Origin: the human T2T-CHM13v2.0 reference genome, Homo sapiens
NCBI RefSeq assembly: GCF_009914755.1
Contig: NC_060944.1
Length of the DNA: 64,000 nt
Strand: one strand, 5' to 3'
This document shows, one piece after another, positions 40,229 through 53,032 of this stretch. Position 1 is the first letter of the stretch; each line of letters starts with the position of its first letter. Below the pieces are notes generated by a model. It searched no databases. It had not been told where the DNA came from and worked only from the letters and a program-made list of their open reading frames with translations. A program made the position numbers and the translations under genes.

Positions 40229-43200
40229 CTTTAGGTATAGTCTGTTAAGAAGAGTTAGGGCTTTGACATTGAAAAATAGTTGTTGAATCAGCCCATATAC
40301 AAGTGACAGATGTCATATTTGCAGGTCTCTAATCTGAGGAAGACATATGATGAATGCTTAGGGTCAAGTGCAGGTGAGTCAGTGAAGGAACAGACACTGA
40401 TACCTGCTGACACATAAAAGGCCTCCTCTGTTAACGGGATACCTTGGCTAAACCACTGGGAGATCTATTTCCCTTTCTAGTTCCACTAAAATTCTTTTTT
40501 AATTTGTCAGCGAACAACTCACAGCAGCCCTCCAGCAGATGAAAATTTTATCAAAGTCTCCTCAGCTCCACTCTGCAGACAATCATCTGTTCCCTCTGAG
40601 TACTTGAATAGATGAAAATATATTTTGGCACTCAAGCATAACACATTCAAATGTGCCCAAGTATAAATTTCCCAGATGCCAATTCTGTAGCACTTCTAAA
40701 AGAAGAGATGAATAGTCAATGGATCTGACAAACAAGTAAGACCAAAGGAGTCCACTTATGTGAATGGAAAAATTAATTGCATTTAACAACTATCAGCTTT
40801 AAAATAACATATTACAGTCAAAAGAAAAAATAATAATTAAAATAAGAGAGAATAGCTCCTAGAAGTTATAGGACAAATGCTGAAATACTGTTTCAATTAC
40901 AATGCATCTGACTGTTGTATCATTTCATATTAAGTATATAAAACAGAAAAAAGAAAAAAATCTAAGGTCTAAGCCACTACCAAGAGGAGCTCAAGTTTTA
41001 TGGACTAGTATTATGATCAAATTCACATTTTCTTCTTGGTAAAATTCACACTTTCTTGAAGAACTGGCTCTTCTTTCTTTGGAATCATCCTATAGAATCA
41101 CAGTGTGGAATGAGGAGAACTAAGCTTTGGAGAATACACCAATTGAAGAGCATGTTAGATATAATGTTACATATCCCATCACTATTTCTGGAAGAACTAA
41201 AAAAAGAGGAGAAAAACTTCAGGCAACAAACTTTATATATGTCATCACAATTAATGCTCACAGTAGCAGCAAAGCCTTTTCTTTTGAGTGAAGACACTAA
41301 CAGATGAAAATATTTCCTATGGTTTAAGGTGGGGAAACAGTTTATGCAATCTGACATAAGTGAGGCAGTTAACTGATACAGAAATAGAATTTGCCCTCAA
41401 TGTTGACAATCTGCTAAATTTAGATAAATCTCCGATTAGTTGGCATTCACATATATGGTAAGTAATTTAGATAAGGAAGTGGTAATTACTACCAGTGTTT
41501 TTTAATGGGACAGCCTAAATAACACATTTACAAATGAACAGAAATTTACTAATGAAAAGAGACATCTGAATACCAAATATCAGCAATAAACTGGAAAGGG
41601 GTGGTGGAAAGGTAGGAAGCTGCTGGTAGTGTAAGGTGGACCAGGAATCCAGTCAATTGTGGAGTTAATATGGCTAGGAATCATTGTGACTTGAGTTACC
41701 ACGCAGCCGCAGTCTCTCTTCTTGACATCTTTTACTTCTATAAAAGGAAAATGCTGCTTGGGTCTGCCTCAAAAGGTTTGTTTGTTTGTTTGTTTGTTTT
41801 TTGATCTAATCAATGGGCCAAATACAGTGAGGTCCATTCTGAGGACCAAGACACAATGAGTCAGGAAGGGTCCTAGGCCAATAACCACTCCAATTAACCA
41901 GAAACTGGGATGAGGACAGTAAATGTGGGAAACCAGGATTACCTGGACTTTAGGATCCTAGGGCTGCAGGTATGACCTAACCTGGCTTAGAGAGCTAACG
42001 AGATGAAATAGCACACACATTAAGTTATAATTATTTAAGTTTCAGAGAAATAATGCATGAATTCGAGCACGAATGATAATGAATGGTCTGCTGTAATTAT
42101 TTTTGGACAGGGGTCATGGGTGAGGGCTAGGGGATGAAGGGCTGATCCAATATGGTAAGCATATAGCTACCTAAGACCCATTTCCAAGAGACTTGGCTGT
42201 CATCTGTTAATTCAAATTTGACTTTGTAGAAATTAACTAAGTGAAGGCAGAACTATGCAGAAGTGTGCTAAAAAATTTACTTAAAAACTGTTTTATGGGT
42301 AAAAGCCAAGACAGATTTCAAAGAATAAAAATGCTACTATATTTAATGCTGTTCCCCATTTATTATATTTTAATGACGTTCATATGCTGTTTTTTTCCTT
42401 TAGCTTTTTGTTTTCTTACAGATACAGTTGAAAATCCTTTTGTAGCTCCACCTGATATAACCCCCTCCTTCTTCTCCAGTGGGTAAACACTATTCTGATA
42501 TAAGAATGTATCTGTCTCATTCATGACTCTTTTATTTTTACTACATATTTTCATAACCAGAAACACTACATCACATCATTTTGTGTTTTAAAAACATGTT
42601 CCATTTCCCATTTTAATAATCCACAAACATCACGAAAAGTTAAGTAAAGAATTCTAATCCTTAATTTCTGAAGGACTATAGACTTTTTTTCTTTAATGAG
42701 ATCTTTTGGTCTTAAAGTATGTGTAATTAAAAGAAAAGTTATCACCTTGCTTTTTTGTACAATGCATTGAAACAAAGTCATCTCGCATTTTACTGCCCTA
42801 AGACATGCTAATGACATTTACATTCACTGCACAGCGTTTTAACACCTTCAAACATAGTATTTTTATGTTAATTTCATTAACAGTGATACTGAGAAAGCTG
42901 TTCAGTAGCACAGCAGAATGCCAGAGGAACTCAAGCCCATCAGATCTGAAGATCATGGCACCATGCTAATAAAACAATTAAGAGCATCCCGCAGGGAAAG
43001 ACAATTCCGACAATTAACCTTCAATGCCAATTAGTACCAGTACTGTCCGAGGAAAAGTCGTATCTTCAATATGAAGATAAAAAATTTGGTTCCTAACCTG
43101 AATCATTAACCAGAATAGGCATATTATTTAAATGAACTCTCAGTTTAGGTAAAAGTTTAAGATCAAAAACCACTTAATAAAAATACTGCGTGGGAGATAC

Positions 43201-46200
43201 ATTATTTATATACCATGCCTCAATTCACAAGACAATTAGAGAGGTAATCATCGCTATATAAACAATTTCTTCTAACTAACTAAATAAGCAAATAAGCTTT
43301 CCTTAAGGCGGTGGGGAAGGTAGAAGGATAACCCCAAAATTAAATTTTAAGTTCTAGACAGTGTCCGTGTGTGTGCTCTAAAAGTTCCTTTTGTCTTTTT
43401 GGTGTTTGGAATTCAGTACTGATTTTCTCACAGAAAAAGCATTACATGCTAGCTTCTCAGCAAATCCACAAGAGACTATTTTACCTATAACACGGCAGGA
43501 ACATTGCTGGTCAATGTAATCTACTCAGCATCAAGTGGCCAGGGCTATGGGTGGTGGGAGCTCCAGGAGCTCCAGAGAAGAGTGACTGTGGCAGAGAACT
43601 ATTCCAAAATAGTTCAAAGGTGGGGGGCAACAAAGCCAGGTGGATCCAGCAGCCAGTATGGATGTTTGGGGGCTATTTGTGATTTAAGAACTACTTATAC
43701 TAAATAATTCCCCCAAAGTAATCTCAGTTCTATACAACTATAATGTGTTTGGAATTTGTATACATAAATGAACACAGTTCAACAAATGTATACATTAAAA
43801 ACTTTCAAAGTTTTACTGAAAGAAATAGATGATAATTCAAACACAAGAGGGATATTGCATAAGAAGTTCCAAGATGGAAACATATTTTTCCAAATGCAAA
43901 CAAATCAAACAAAATTAGAATCTAACTCCTCAAATTACATTTTAGCACAACAAAACTATCCTAATATTTAAAGAAAAAATTTCTTTAAAAAGTTAATAAG
44001 CACACATAGTAAAAAGACACTCCAATGAAAATAGAGATTAAAACATATTATAAAATAATAAACATCAAAACTGTGTGATACTGCTTCAAAAGTGAAAACA
44101 TGGAGTACTGGAACAACAGGAGGGCCAAGAAATAGATATAATGCTGTATGTGTTTTCATTTTAGGTAAAGCAAGTTTCTTCAAAAGGGAGGTGGGTATAA
44201 GCAGGGAAAGGTTATAATAAATGGCATACCAATATGAGGAAGAAAAAAGTTGGAGCTACACTTTATAAACCAATGAACCCAGGTGTATTAAACAAATATT
44301 TCAAAAAAATCCTGAAAAATAAAATAATTAATCACAAGGAAAATAAAAACAAATGTTGACTAGTTCTGTGGCAGAGTTTAAAATTACCAAAGAAAACACA
44401 AAGAACAACAGATTAAAGCACATGAAAAGTTCATTTTAAAAGTAACAAAATTACATTTAAATAGAAAATACTACAAGAGTGACACAATAACTAAATCAAA
44501 TATGAGAAAGCACTTACAAGGAGTTATGTTATATGGTGTGTACACTCAATCAGGGGAAAACACATGTTTTACTTCCCACGATTCTGGGAGGCAATAGTGA
44601 CCTTGTTCTACTCATGTATTAATAATGATTTTGAAAACCAGTACAAGCCTCTTGTAAAAATCCTGTAACAATAAACAAAGTGATTATAACAAGGTTACTT
44701 CCTTCTGACCTAACTGAAGGAGATGCAGCCAGTACATGGATCTCTACTGTGTACGTTCCTCTCTCCCTGGGAAAAGAGGACAGTCCGTCATCATAACTCT
44801 GTACCAGCCTGTACCAGCCTCTGCTGCCTGGAGGAATAGCAGCAGGACCTCTATCTGAGGTTCCCACAGAGAACAGACAGTTGATGTGACTACAGTCTAG
44901 ACTCCATACAGGATTCACTGAAGGGGTTGTCAGTGAATCGTGTTTTAACTGTGTATCTTCCCATTACTCCTGCTGTCAGCACTAGAGCCTGTGAGTTCCC
45001 AAGCAGGGACTGCCACTGAAGAGCCCTACATGGTGACCTCTCATCTGCCAACCAATTATGGTCACTTCCTGGGCTAAAGGCAGAGACAGCCTCCCACCAT
45101 GACTAATACTGCTGCCTGGAAATAACCTGCCCCTCCATTCTACATTGCTAGAGCCCTTGTCCCACTGCAAAAAAGCAGGAAATGCTGCATTTGTAATAAT
45201 CACTGAGGGATCACTGAGTGCTCACTGCTTTGGGTTGGTCATCTACAATTGCTGACCTTTGATCTTCCTGGCCAGCTCCAGGGTACTCAGATATTTCCCC
45301 TGCTCAACTTACCTTTATAAAATTGAAAAAACAGATGGAGAGATGAATGGGTGGGTGGATGGATGTGGATGGGTACCCAGGTTGGCGCTCCATCGCAGCT
45401 GATGTTAGAGCGTCTTTGACGGACATTATGCACCTCCTCCAAAAGCATAATGTCCCTGGTCCATGCTATGTTTCCTTCATTTCTGAGGTACCTTCCTGCA
45501 ATTGACTTCTGCTTACAAACTTGGCTAACCCTGAATAAACTACATGCTTTCCAGCCCCCATCTCTCCAATTCCTATGTCACAACAGACTCAATTATACAG
45601 TGTGCAACCATTAAAAACTGTAATTATAAAGACTACGTATAACATACAAAAAGGGGCTTAAACATGCCAATGTCTTTCTTTCCCTCATTCTTACATAGTT
45701 CAGCCCAAAAACTATTACGCAGGCAAAAGCAAAGTAGGCATCAGCATGAGAGTGGAGGCAAATGGCATGGGCTGAGAAAAGTTTCTGCACTGTGGAAGGG
45801 TGAGGGCCATGACAGCCAAGCATAGCCATGCTTGTGGTCTGAGCAAGAAGAGGAGGGTCCCAGTGTGAGGAGGGGGCAGGAATAACAGTATATGGGTTAC
45901 ATAATGGAAGCCAGGTTCATCACTGTCAGAAAAAGGAGCTAGGAATAAGTGAGAAAACTACAATTAACCCTATGGTATTGGGTTGGGATTAGAAGTATTA
46001 GTGTATTGGTATAAACTCCTTGTTAGCAATATAGGTACTGAAATACAGATATTTCACAATACCAATATAAACAGATATAGAAGTACAGTTGTAAAGGTTG
46101 TACACAAACACACACACGTTTTCCTAGCTCTGTTCACAGAAAGCATATGGAAGCAGTGACACTCCAGTAGCAATGAACACACCTGGTTGCTAAATACCAT

Positions 46201-46877
46201 TCTGTACTAAAAGGAACCATGGCTCCTTGGAGAATTGGTTAGTTTGAGGAAAGCACAAGATGAGTCTGGAATATCTTGTGTCAGAAAGTAACGAAGTGTT
46301 TACAGAACAGTGAGGACAGGACACGAAAGCCAGCTTGAAGAAACTCACAGTGGCCAAAATATAGGACAATTTGATATTGAAATAAATAATGATAAAAAAC
46401 AGACCAAAACCTAGTAAATAAAATCGCAAGCTGTGTGACCCTTTAAATAGATAAATGACAAGAAGAGAAAGTTCTTACAATGAAAATCCAATTAATAAGT
46501 GTAGAAATAATGATGCATTCTTTTTTAATCACCATTTGGCAACCATCATAATAATAATTAATTCAGCCAAAAAGAAAAAAGAATGGATTCCTAAAACCAG
46601 TGGGTGAAAGTGGTAATATTCCATAATGGAATGGAAAATTTACAATATCAAAGTACCTTCAATCTCATAGTACTTTCCCACATACTTACTAATAACAAAG
46701 AAGAAAAGAGTAACTCCCCAGTGGGGAGGCCTGGCAGCTGCACCTTAGTTGGATGATCAAAGTGAACATCATCAGTCACGGGACAAATGGAAATCGTGTA
46801 ATGAGATATGAGAAAAACAGCATCATTTCTCTGATATTCTTGCCAAAAATGCATATTAGTCTAATCATAAGGGAACA

Positions 46878-47250
46878 TAGTCAACTCTCACACTTCTATA
46901 AAGAATACCTGAGACTATGTAATTTATGGAGAAAAGAGGTTTAATTGACTCCCACTTCCACAGGCTTACCAGGCAGCATGACTGAGAGGCCTCAGGAAAC
47001 TTACAGTCACGGCAGAAGGCAAAGAGGAAGCAAAGCATGTCTTCTCATGGAGACAGGAGAGGGGGCAGGAGGGAAATGCCACACACTTTTAAATCATCAG
47101 CTCTCACAAGAACTCACTCACTATCACGAGAACAGCAAGGGGGAAATCCACCCACATGATCCAATCACCTCCCACCAGGTCCCTCCTCCAATATTGGGAA
47201 TTACAATTCAACATGAGATTTGGGTGGGGACACAGAGCCAAAACATATCA
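46878..47250 (-). mobile_element. MSTA-like (ERVL-MaLR) LTR
   Basis: ctataaagaatacctgagact...gaggcctcaggaaacttaca...gagatttgggtggggacacagagccaaaacatatca. Confidence 0.9.
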
Positions 47251-47457
47251 ACAGATGAATCCTACATTTATGTAGAGGGACATTCTACAACATATCTGAC
47301 CTACTATTTTCAAAACTGCCAAAGTCAGAAAAGTCTCTCTTTGGGTGGGGACACAGAGCCAAACCATATCAACAGGTGAATCCTACACTTATGTAGAGGG
47401 ACATTCTACAACATATCTGACCTACTGTTTTCAAAACTGCCAAAGTCATAAAAGTCT
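47219..47457. repeat. 121-bp-period tandem duplication (47219-47336 and 47340-47457)
   Basis: 5 mismatches in 118 bp by direct comparison. Confidence 0.95.
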
Positions 47458-48181
47458 AGGAAAGGCCAAGGAAAAGTTCCAGTCTGAAAAAGAAGAGAGA
47501 GAGGTAACAACCAAATGCCATACAGGAAATAGAACTAAATATGGGACCCACAAAGAACACTGCTGGGACAAATGGCAAGACTTGAACGAGGTCTGAGGAT
47601 CCGATGGTAGAAATGTATCAGTGTTAGTGTCCTAATGTAGATGTCAGTGTTTAAAGGAAATACACAATGAAGTATTCAAGGACGGCAGGGCACTATTTAC
47701 TTTCCAATAATTTTGAAATTTAAAAGTTCTTGGTACTATTCTTGCAACTTGTCTATGATATTGAAGTTATTTCAAAACAAAAAATAGACATGATACCAAA
47801 TCCTCTATGTATGTTACAATTATATCTATTAAGATGAATATAAATAATAGAAATAAAATTATTAAAAGAAACCATTGTGTTAAGGTTTTGCATTTGAGGG
47901 GTACTTTTTAAATTAAAAAATTCCTTTAACATCTCATCTCCATAACAACAACTTTTAAGATAATTCTATATATGTTCATATTTAATTAAACAAGACAATG
48001 GGTATTATAAAATAAGCCCTCCAGCCAAACAGAAGAGAAACAGCCTATTGAAGCAAACAGTCTCACCCTTTTTATACCTAATCAATAATTAATTCTAAGA
48101 TGCACATGTTCCCCCATTGCCTAGCCAACTTGTTTTCTCAAACAATATATACAAAGACCTGTGAAAATTAAAACCAGATAC

Positions 48182-48319
48182 CTTGATTTAGATGTGTGGC
48201 CTCCACGATCTGAACACCATTCACAGAGCACTGGGACCCACTCAGGGGTATCAGAGTCACTGTCCCCCCGATATTTTCAAAGATGCAATGCTCACTCTCC
48301 AAGTCAAGGCCATGAAGAA
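48182..48319 (-). CDS. KIF16B: KIF16B exon, 138 nt, (V)LHGLDLESEHCIFENIGGTVTLIPLSGSQCSVNGVQIVEATHLNQ(G) (FHA core)
   Basis: ccactttag acceptor and AAG|gtatct donor. Phase 1/1. FHA motifs EHC and VNG present. Confidence 0.97.
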
Positions 48320-49252
48320 CTAAAGTGGAAAAACAAAGTAGAAAGAATTTTTCCCCCTTTTCTACTGCAATGATTCCCAGCTATTTATCTATAAATTTAT
48401 TTATTTTCCTTTTGAATACTCTTCCTTTTCCACATAAGTATCATGAAGTGAACATTTATGTTTAGTGAGAAAACCGAACTTCAGGAGCTCATGACGTTCA
48501 ATGATAGGACTGGAAGATCCTTAGAATGTTCTTCAAGGGATCTGGACATTACCTGTGTAAGAAAATCAGTTCTGGGATGTTAACTCATTTCATCTTTGGG
48601 GAGAAAACAGTCGAGTAACTTGTTTTAACTGAATACCATGGAGTTGCCCTGTTTGATACTGAATAAATTTCCTCCATCAGCCACCCAGAGGCCACAGAGA
48701 ATAAAAGCAAAAGTGCTCCATGGGTCGAGGACTTACTGAGACCTCTGCACTGACAGACACTGCACTCCAGGAGCAGAAACCCAAGGTGAACTTGGCATGA
48801 CATGAATCTTGAAAAGCCCAAGAGGCCTTCAGAAGCCATACTGAGATGCCTGTTGCCTGAGCCTGTGTCAATTCTGAGACCTCTCAGGGCATGCAGCTGC
48901 TAAAGTTTATCTATTCATGTATAACTCTCCTAGATTCTTGTTTGAAGAATGGTCAAACACAGATATGAACACCTGTCAAATAAGCCTACATGATTTTAGG
49001 CACAGTTCTTGGCTAGCGTCTTGGGAGTACAAGCCAACTAGTTTCCACTGTCTCTACAAAATTGCACTACTGATCTCTGATCACAGAAAACGTGTGTTCT
49101 TACCATCATTTATAGCTACCCCAAAGATCAAACACATAATTTAACAATTAGAAGAAGAGGCCTGATGCCTACTTCTACCCAAACATAGGTGAATCTGGGG
49201 ACTTCTAGAAAATGGTTTTTATCTCTCTCAGTCTCACAATAAATAGTAAATA

Positions 49253-49307
49253 TTAGGTTGGTGCAAAAGTAACTGTGGTTTTTGCCATTACTGTTGCACC
49301 AACCTAA
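49253..49307. mobile_element. MADE1 (Hsmar1 MITE), internally deleted
   Basis: TA-TTAGGTTGGTGCAA...TTGCACCAACCTAA-TA. Confidence 0.92.
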
Positions 49308-50030
49308 TACATGTAGGAACATACTAGGATTGGCTCCATTAATAGCTTACACTTGGCAAGCAGGTTCATTGCCAGCAATTCTAAAAGCAGCTGAGACAAT
49401 ATAATTCTTCCCCTGCCAATCCCTATCTTGCCACACACATATACACACCCACCACCACCACCACCAGTTGCCTAAGTTATGCTCTTAAAGCCTGTAAGGA
49501 CCTCATCTGTGTAGGCTAAGTCACTGATTATTTGCGTGTCTTGTGAAGACTTTCAGGAAACCTAAAAAGCCATGCTTCCACATGTGTGTATGCTGTGTTT
49601 TCTCCTACTTTCTGTTGTCATCTTTGTGAAGACAGTGCCTACAACCCTCTCCTTCAAAAGACCTACATCTTTTATCTGTGTCTGTTGGTATATTTCCATC
49701 AATCATTGTTCCATTGTGAGACAATGTAGAGTGATTTAAGTAACTGTGTTCCTCAAAGACCTGACAAGGAATGGAATGTAGGGTGGGAGAAAGGGTTTAT
49801 TGGCCCACTTTATTCACCAAATTAGTTGTTCTGCATTATTCATTTGAGTTGTATTCTAAATTACAAAAATATATATACACACATATATATACGTACATAC
49901 TGACCAACACTGTACTTGAAAAATAATTTAATTTTCTATAATTACTTCAATGTCAGTCATTCGAAAAAGTTCTTCCTTGAATACAACCTTAAAAAATCAT
50001 TGGGAACAGATCACTGATAAATATGCTCAC

Positions 50031-50082
50031 CAATATCTTGCTCCGTGGAAGCATCGTCTCTACCAACGTATGTCTGACCTTC
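50031..50082 (-). CDS. KIF16B: KIF16B exon, 52 nt, EGQTYVGRDDASTEQDI(V) (FHA start)
   Basis: ttcttcccag acceptor and TTG|gtgagc donor. FHA GR motif present. Confidence 0.97.
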
Positions 50083-50940
50083 CTGGGAAGAAAACCCAAG
50101 CAAAATGTATTAGTAAGAAGAGAAGGAATAGCTTGTTTCTTCATTTTTCATTGAAGCCCAAACAACATAGTGGCCAATGGGATGAACAACATCCTGGCAG
50201 GCCACAGCTTCAATGCATCGAGAGCTCCCCAAGGCTCTGTAAAAAAGCCCCAGTTGTCTGGAAAGGTTTAATGTACAGCAATGGTGAGGCCCTGCTTTGA
50301 CAGCGTTAAATACTTTGCTCATGACAGGAATATCACTGATGTTCCTGATCCTTTCTGGGGAGGTTCTCCAGTGGCCAAGAGATTCTTTGTGTCTAAAGAT
50401 ATAGTTTATGTAAGTCTGCAAAACACAAATGCAGTAGCATTCTCATTGTTAAGTTATGGGTCAGAGAGAGGGCACTAAAGTCAAGGTTACAGAGGCATCC
50501 ATTAATACTGATGTGGAATTCTGTACTCCCAAGATGAACTGTCTGCTTGGAACCAAGCCCAATAATGCAGGTGAGAAGCACAATTTTATAATTGCCACCA
50601 GGGACCAGGAAACTGTACATACAACAAAATCCCCCCAGCTGTTTACAACTTTTCTCCTTCAGTCTGTGTGCCTTTTTGTTCCTTACCTCCCTCTTACTAA
50701 TCCTACAGAATAGAGGGCAAATCAATGGCTCATCATTTAACTTTAGATAACAAGGGAACTTTAAATACCAAAGAATCCCAATGAGCTTCTGAAAATTCCC
50801 AAAGGGCTCAAGGATTTGTTGTATATTCTTTAATTTAATTTAGTTGTGTTCATGACCATAGAATATTATAATAAACCTAGTTAGTGTCTAATGGAGAAAC
50901 TGGAAACAAAATTAGAATGTTCCACTTAATCAGTTTCTAC

Positions 50941-51060
50941 CTTTAAATGATATAAGATGATTCCAGTACTCAAAAGGTCATCATCGATGCCAATCAAATG
51001 AGGCAGTTCAGAATCCAAAACAACTCCAATCCCTTCTTTCCTGAGGGCTAGAGTTTGTTC
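50941..51060 (-). CDS. KIF16B: KIF16B exon, 120 nt, EQTLALRKEGIGVVLDSELPHLIGIDDDLLSTGIILYHLK
   Basis: Long pyrimidine tract plus aatttcag acceptor, and AAG|gtagaa donor. Kinesin-3 pre-FHA motif PHL...D..LS...LY.LK. Confidence 0.97.
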
Positions 51061-52630
51061 CTGAAATTAAGAGGAAAAGAAAAAGAAAAGGTTACTTTGG
51101 GAAAAGAGAACTTCAAATTAGGTGTTCTTCAGATTGTCAGAATGGGCAATATTTTATTTCTCATCTAAAAAACTGCAAGAAAAATGGACCTTAAACTTCG
51201 TGTTGAAATCCTGGCAGGTAATAAGCAAAGTGAACTTGGAACTTATAAAAAGCGAAATATAAAACGAATTAAACTCATTGCCTGATACATAACCTCTTCA
51301 AAGCAAATCTTCCTTCAGAAAGGTTCTAGGAACATCCAAACTACAAAGTAAACTTTCTCACTCTTCAGAGCCTTTATGCCATTTAATATCAAGATGTTGC
51401 CTTAGTTGATGGCTTTTCTCTCTACTTACCATGGTTGAACTGTGCATGGTCCTGAGAAGAAGCCTTCCTGTGCATTACTTACCTTGCACCAGAGGAACCT
51501 GGTCCTCTGCCTCCTGTGCCATCAACTTCTCCTATCCACTGGATCATTCCCTGCTATACATTAATATGAATCTGCTATTCACCTCCCATCCCCAAACCCC
51601 ACCACGTCTTTTGGCCTTGCCTCTCCTTATAGCTACCACCAATTTCTCTGTGCCTTTTAGAGAAAACTACCTCCAAAAAGTTCCCTATACTTTCAGTTCT
51701 TCAATTCCTTCCCTCTTACTCTCTCTTGAACTCCCTCTATGAAGGTTATTGTCTTTGGGACTCTTCTTTACCGACACTGACTCTCCTGATGGTCTCCTTC
51801 TGTCTCTTGACTTGACCTGCCATCTAGATGCTGATGACTCTCAAATTGCATCTCCAGGGCAGATGTCTCCCTTAAGTCCCATACTCAAATGTATACCGCA
51901 TATATGAGTATACTGTGTGTGTGTATGTATATATATATATATATGTACACCAACCCAACTCAGTTTAGCTATGGAGATGTCAAACAGGCAGCACAAATTT
52001 AACACATTAAAAAAAACAAAAAACAAAAAACAAAACAAACAAAAAAAACCTTGATTCTCTCTGCCTCCCAAACCTGCAGACTATCCCATCTCAGTAAATA
52101 CCAACCTTTCCTGTTTGGTCTAAATACCATGCTTACACTTTGCCCCTTTCTTTCTCTAAACTCTACATATGTAGTATTAACTCTACCTTCAAAATATGCC
52201 CAGAATCTGGTAACATCAAGCCACCCGCAGCACGTGCCTCTGGCCCAAACCATCATTGTCTTTCACCTGGGTTACTGTGATAATCTGGGCCACCACTCAT
52301 GTCTCCCGTGATATACACTCAATTCAGCAGCCAGAAGGCCATCAGGGCAGGTCACTCTTCTGCTCAGGTCCTTTAAATAGCCTCCCATTTCAGTGAGACA
52401 AAAGCCAAAGTCTTTGTGATGTTCTACCAAATTCTACCTGATCTCATCCCATGCTCACTCACTCTCATCTTCTGCCGCTCTCCCCTTTGCTCACTCCTCT
52501 CCAGGGATAGAGGCAACTTGCTGCTCTTCAAACTTGCCAGCCTGCCCCATCTCAGGGATGCACTCACTGCGGTTCCTACTGCTTTTGTGGTTGCTGTTTC
52601 CTCTGTCACTGCTATCCTTCTCTTCCCCTA

Positions 52631-52805
52631 CAGTAGGGTTTCTGGACTGCGGCACAGTTGTCACTTCAGACCAGGTAATTCTTTATTCTTATGCACAGTA
52701 GGATATTTTGTAGCACCCCTTGCCTCTACCCAATAGATGCTAGCAACACATCTGAGGTTCTGACAACCAAAAATGTCTCCAGACATTTGAGAAACATTGC
52801 CCTAG
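52631..52805. mobile_element. MER20 fragment
   Basis: gcctctacccaatagatgctagcaacac...tgacaaccaaaaatgtctccagacatt. Confidence 0.85.
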
Positions 52806-52934
52806 ACACATATATAACATGGCCCCTTCCTTCCTTCAGGTCTCTGCTCAAAAGCCACTCTCCCCATCACCCCATACAAAATAGCAACCACCAATGTTCC
52901 TCATGGTGATTTCTCTCCTTGGGAATGGCTATTA

Positions 52935-52988
52935 GTGTGTATATATATATATACATATATATATATACTATCCATTTATATGTATACG

Positions 52989-53030
<42 letters not shown>
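52935..53030. repeat. (TA)n/(CA)n compound microsatellite
   Basis: Direct reading. Confidence 0.95.

Positions 53031-53032
<2 letters not shown>

Larger units (their letters stand above)
45850..47780 (+). mobile_element. L1MC-type 3' fragment interrupted by an MST LTR
   Basis: cctagctctgt...agcagtgacactccagtagcaatga...aaaggaaccatggctccttggagaa and gatcaaagtgaacatcatcagt. Boundaries approximate. Confidence 0.7.

Noticed and set aside
45380-45405. CTCF-like GC-rich motif
   Set aside because: Poor match to the core consensus.
49253-49307. miR-548-like precursor from MADE1
   Set aside because: The deletion leaves only a ~14-16 bp stem, too short for a typical pre-miRNA.
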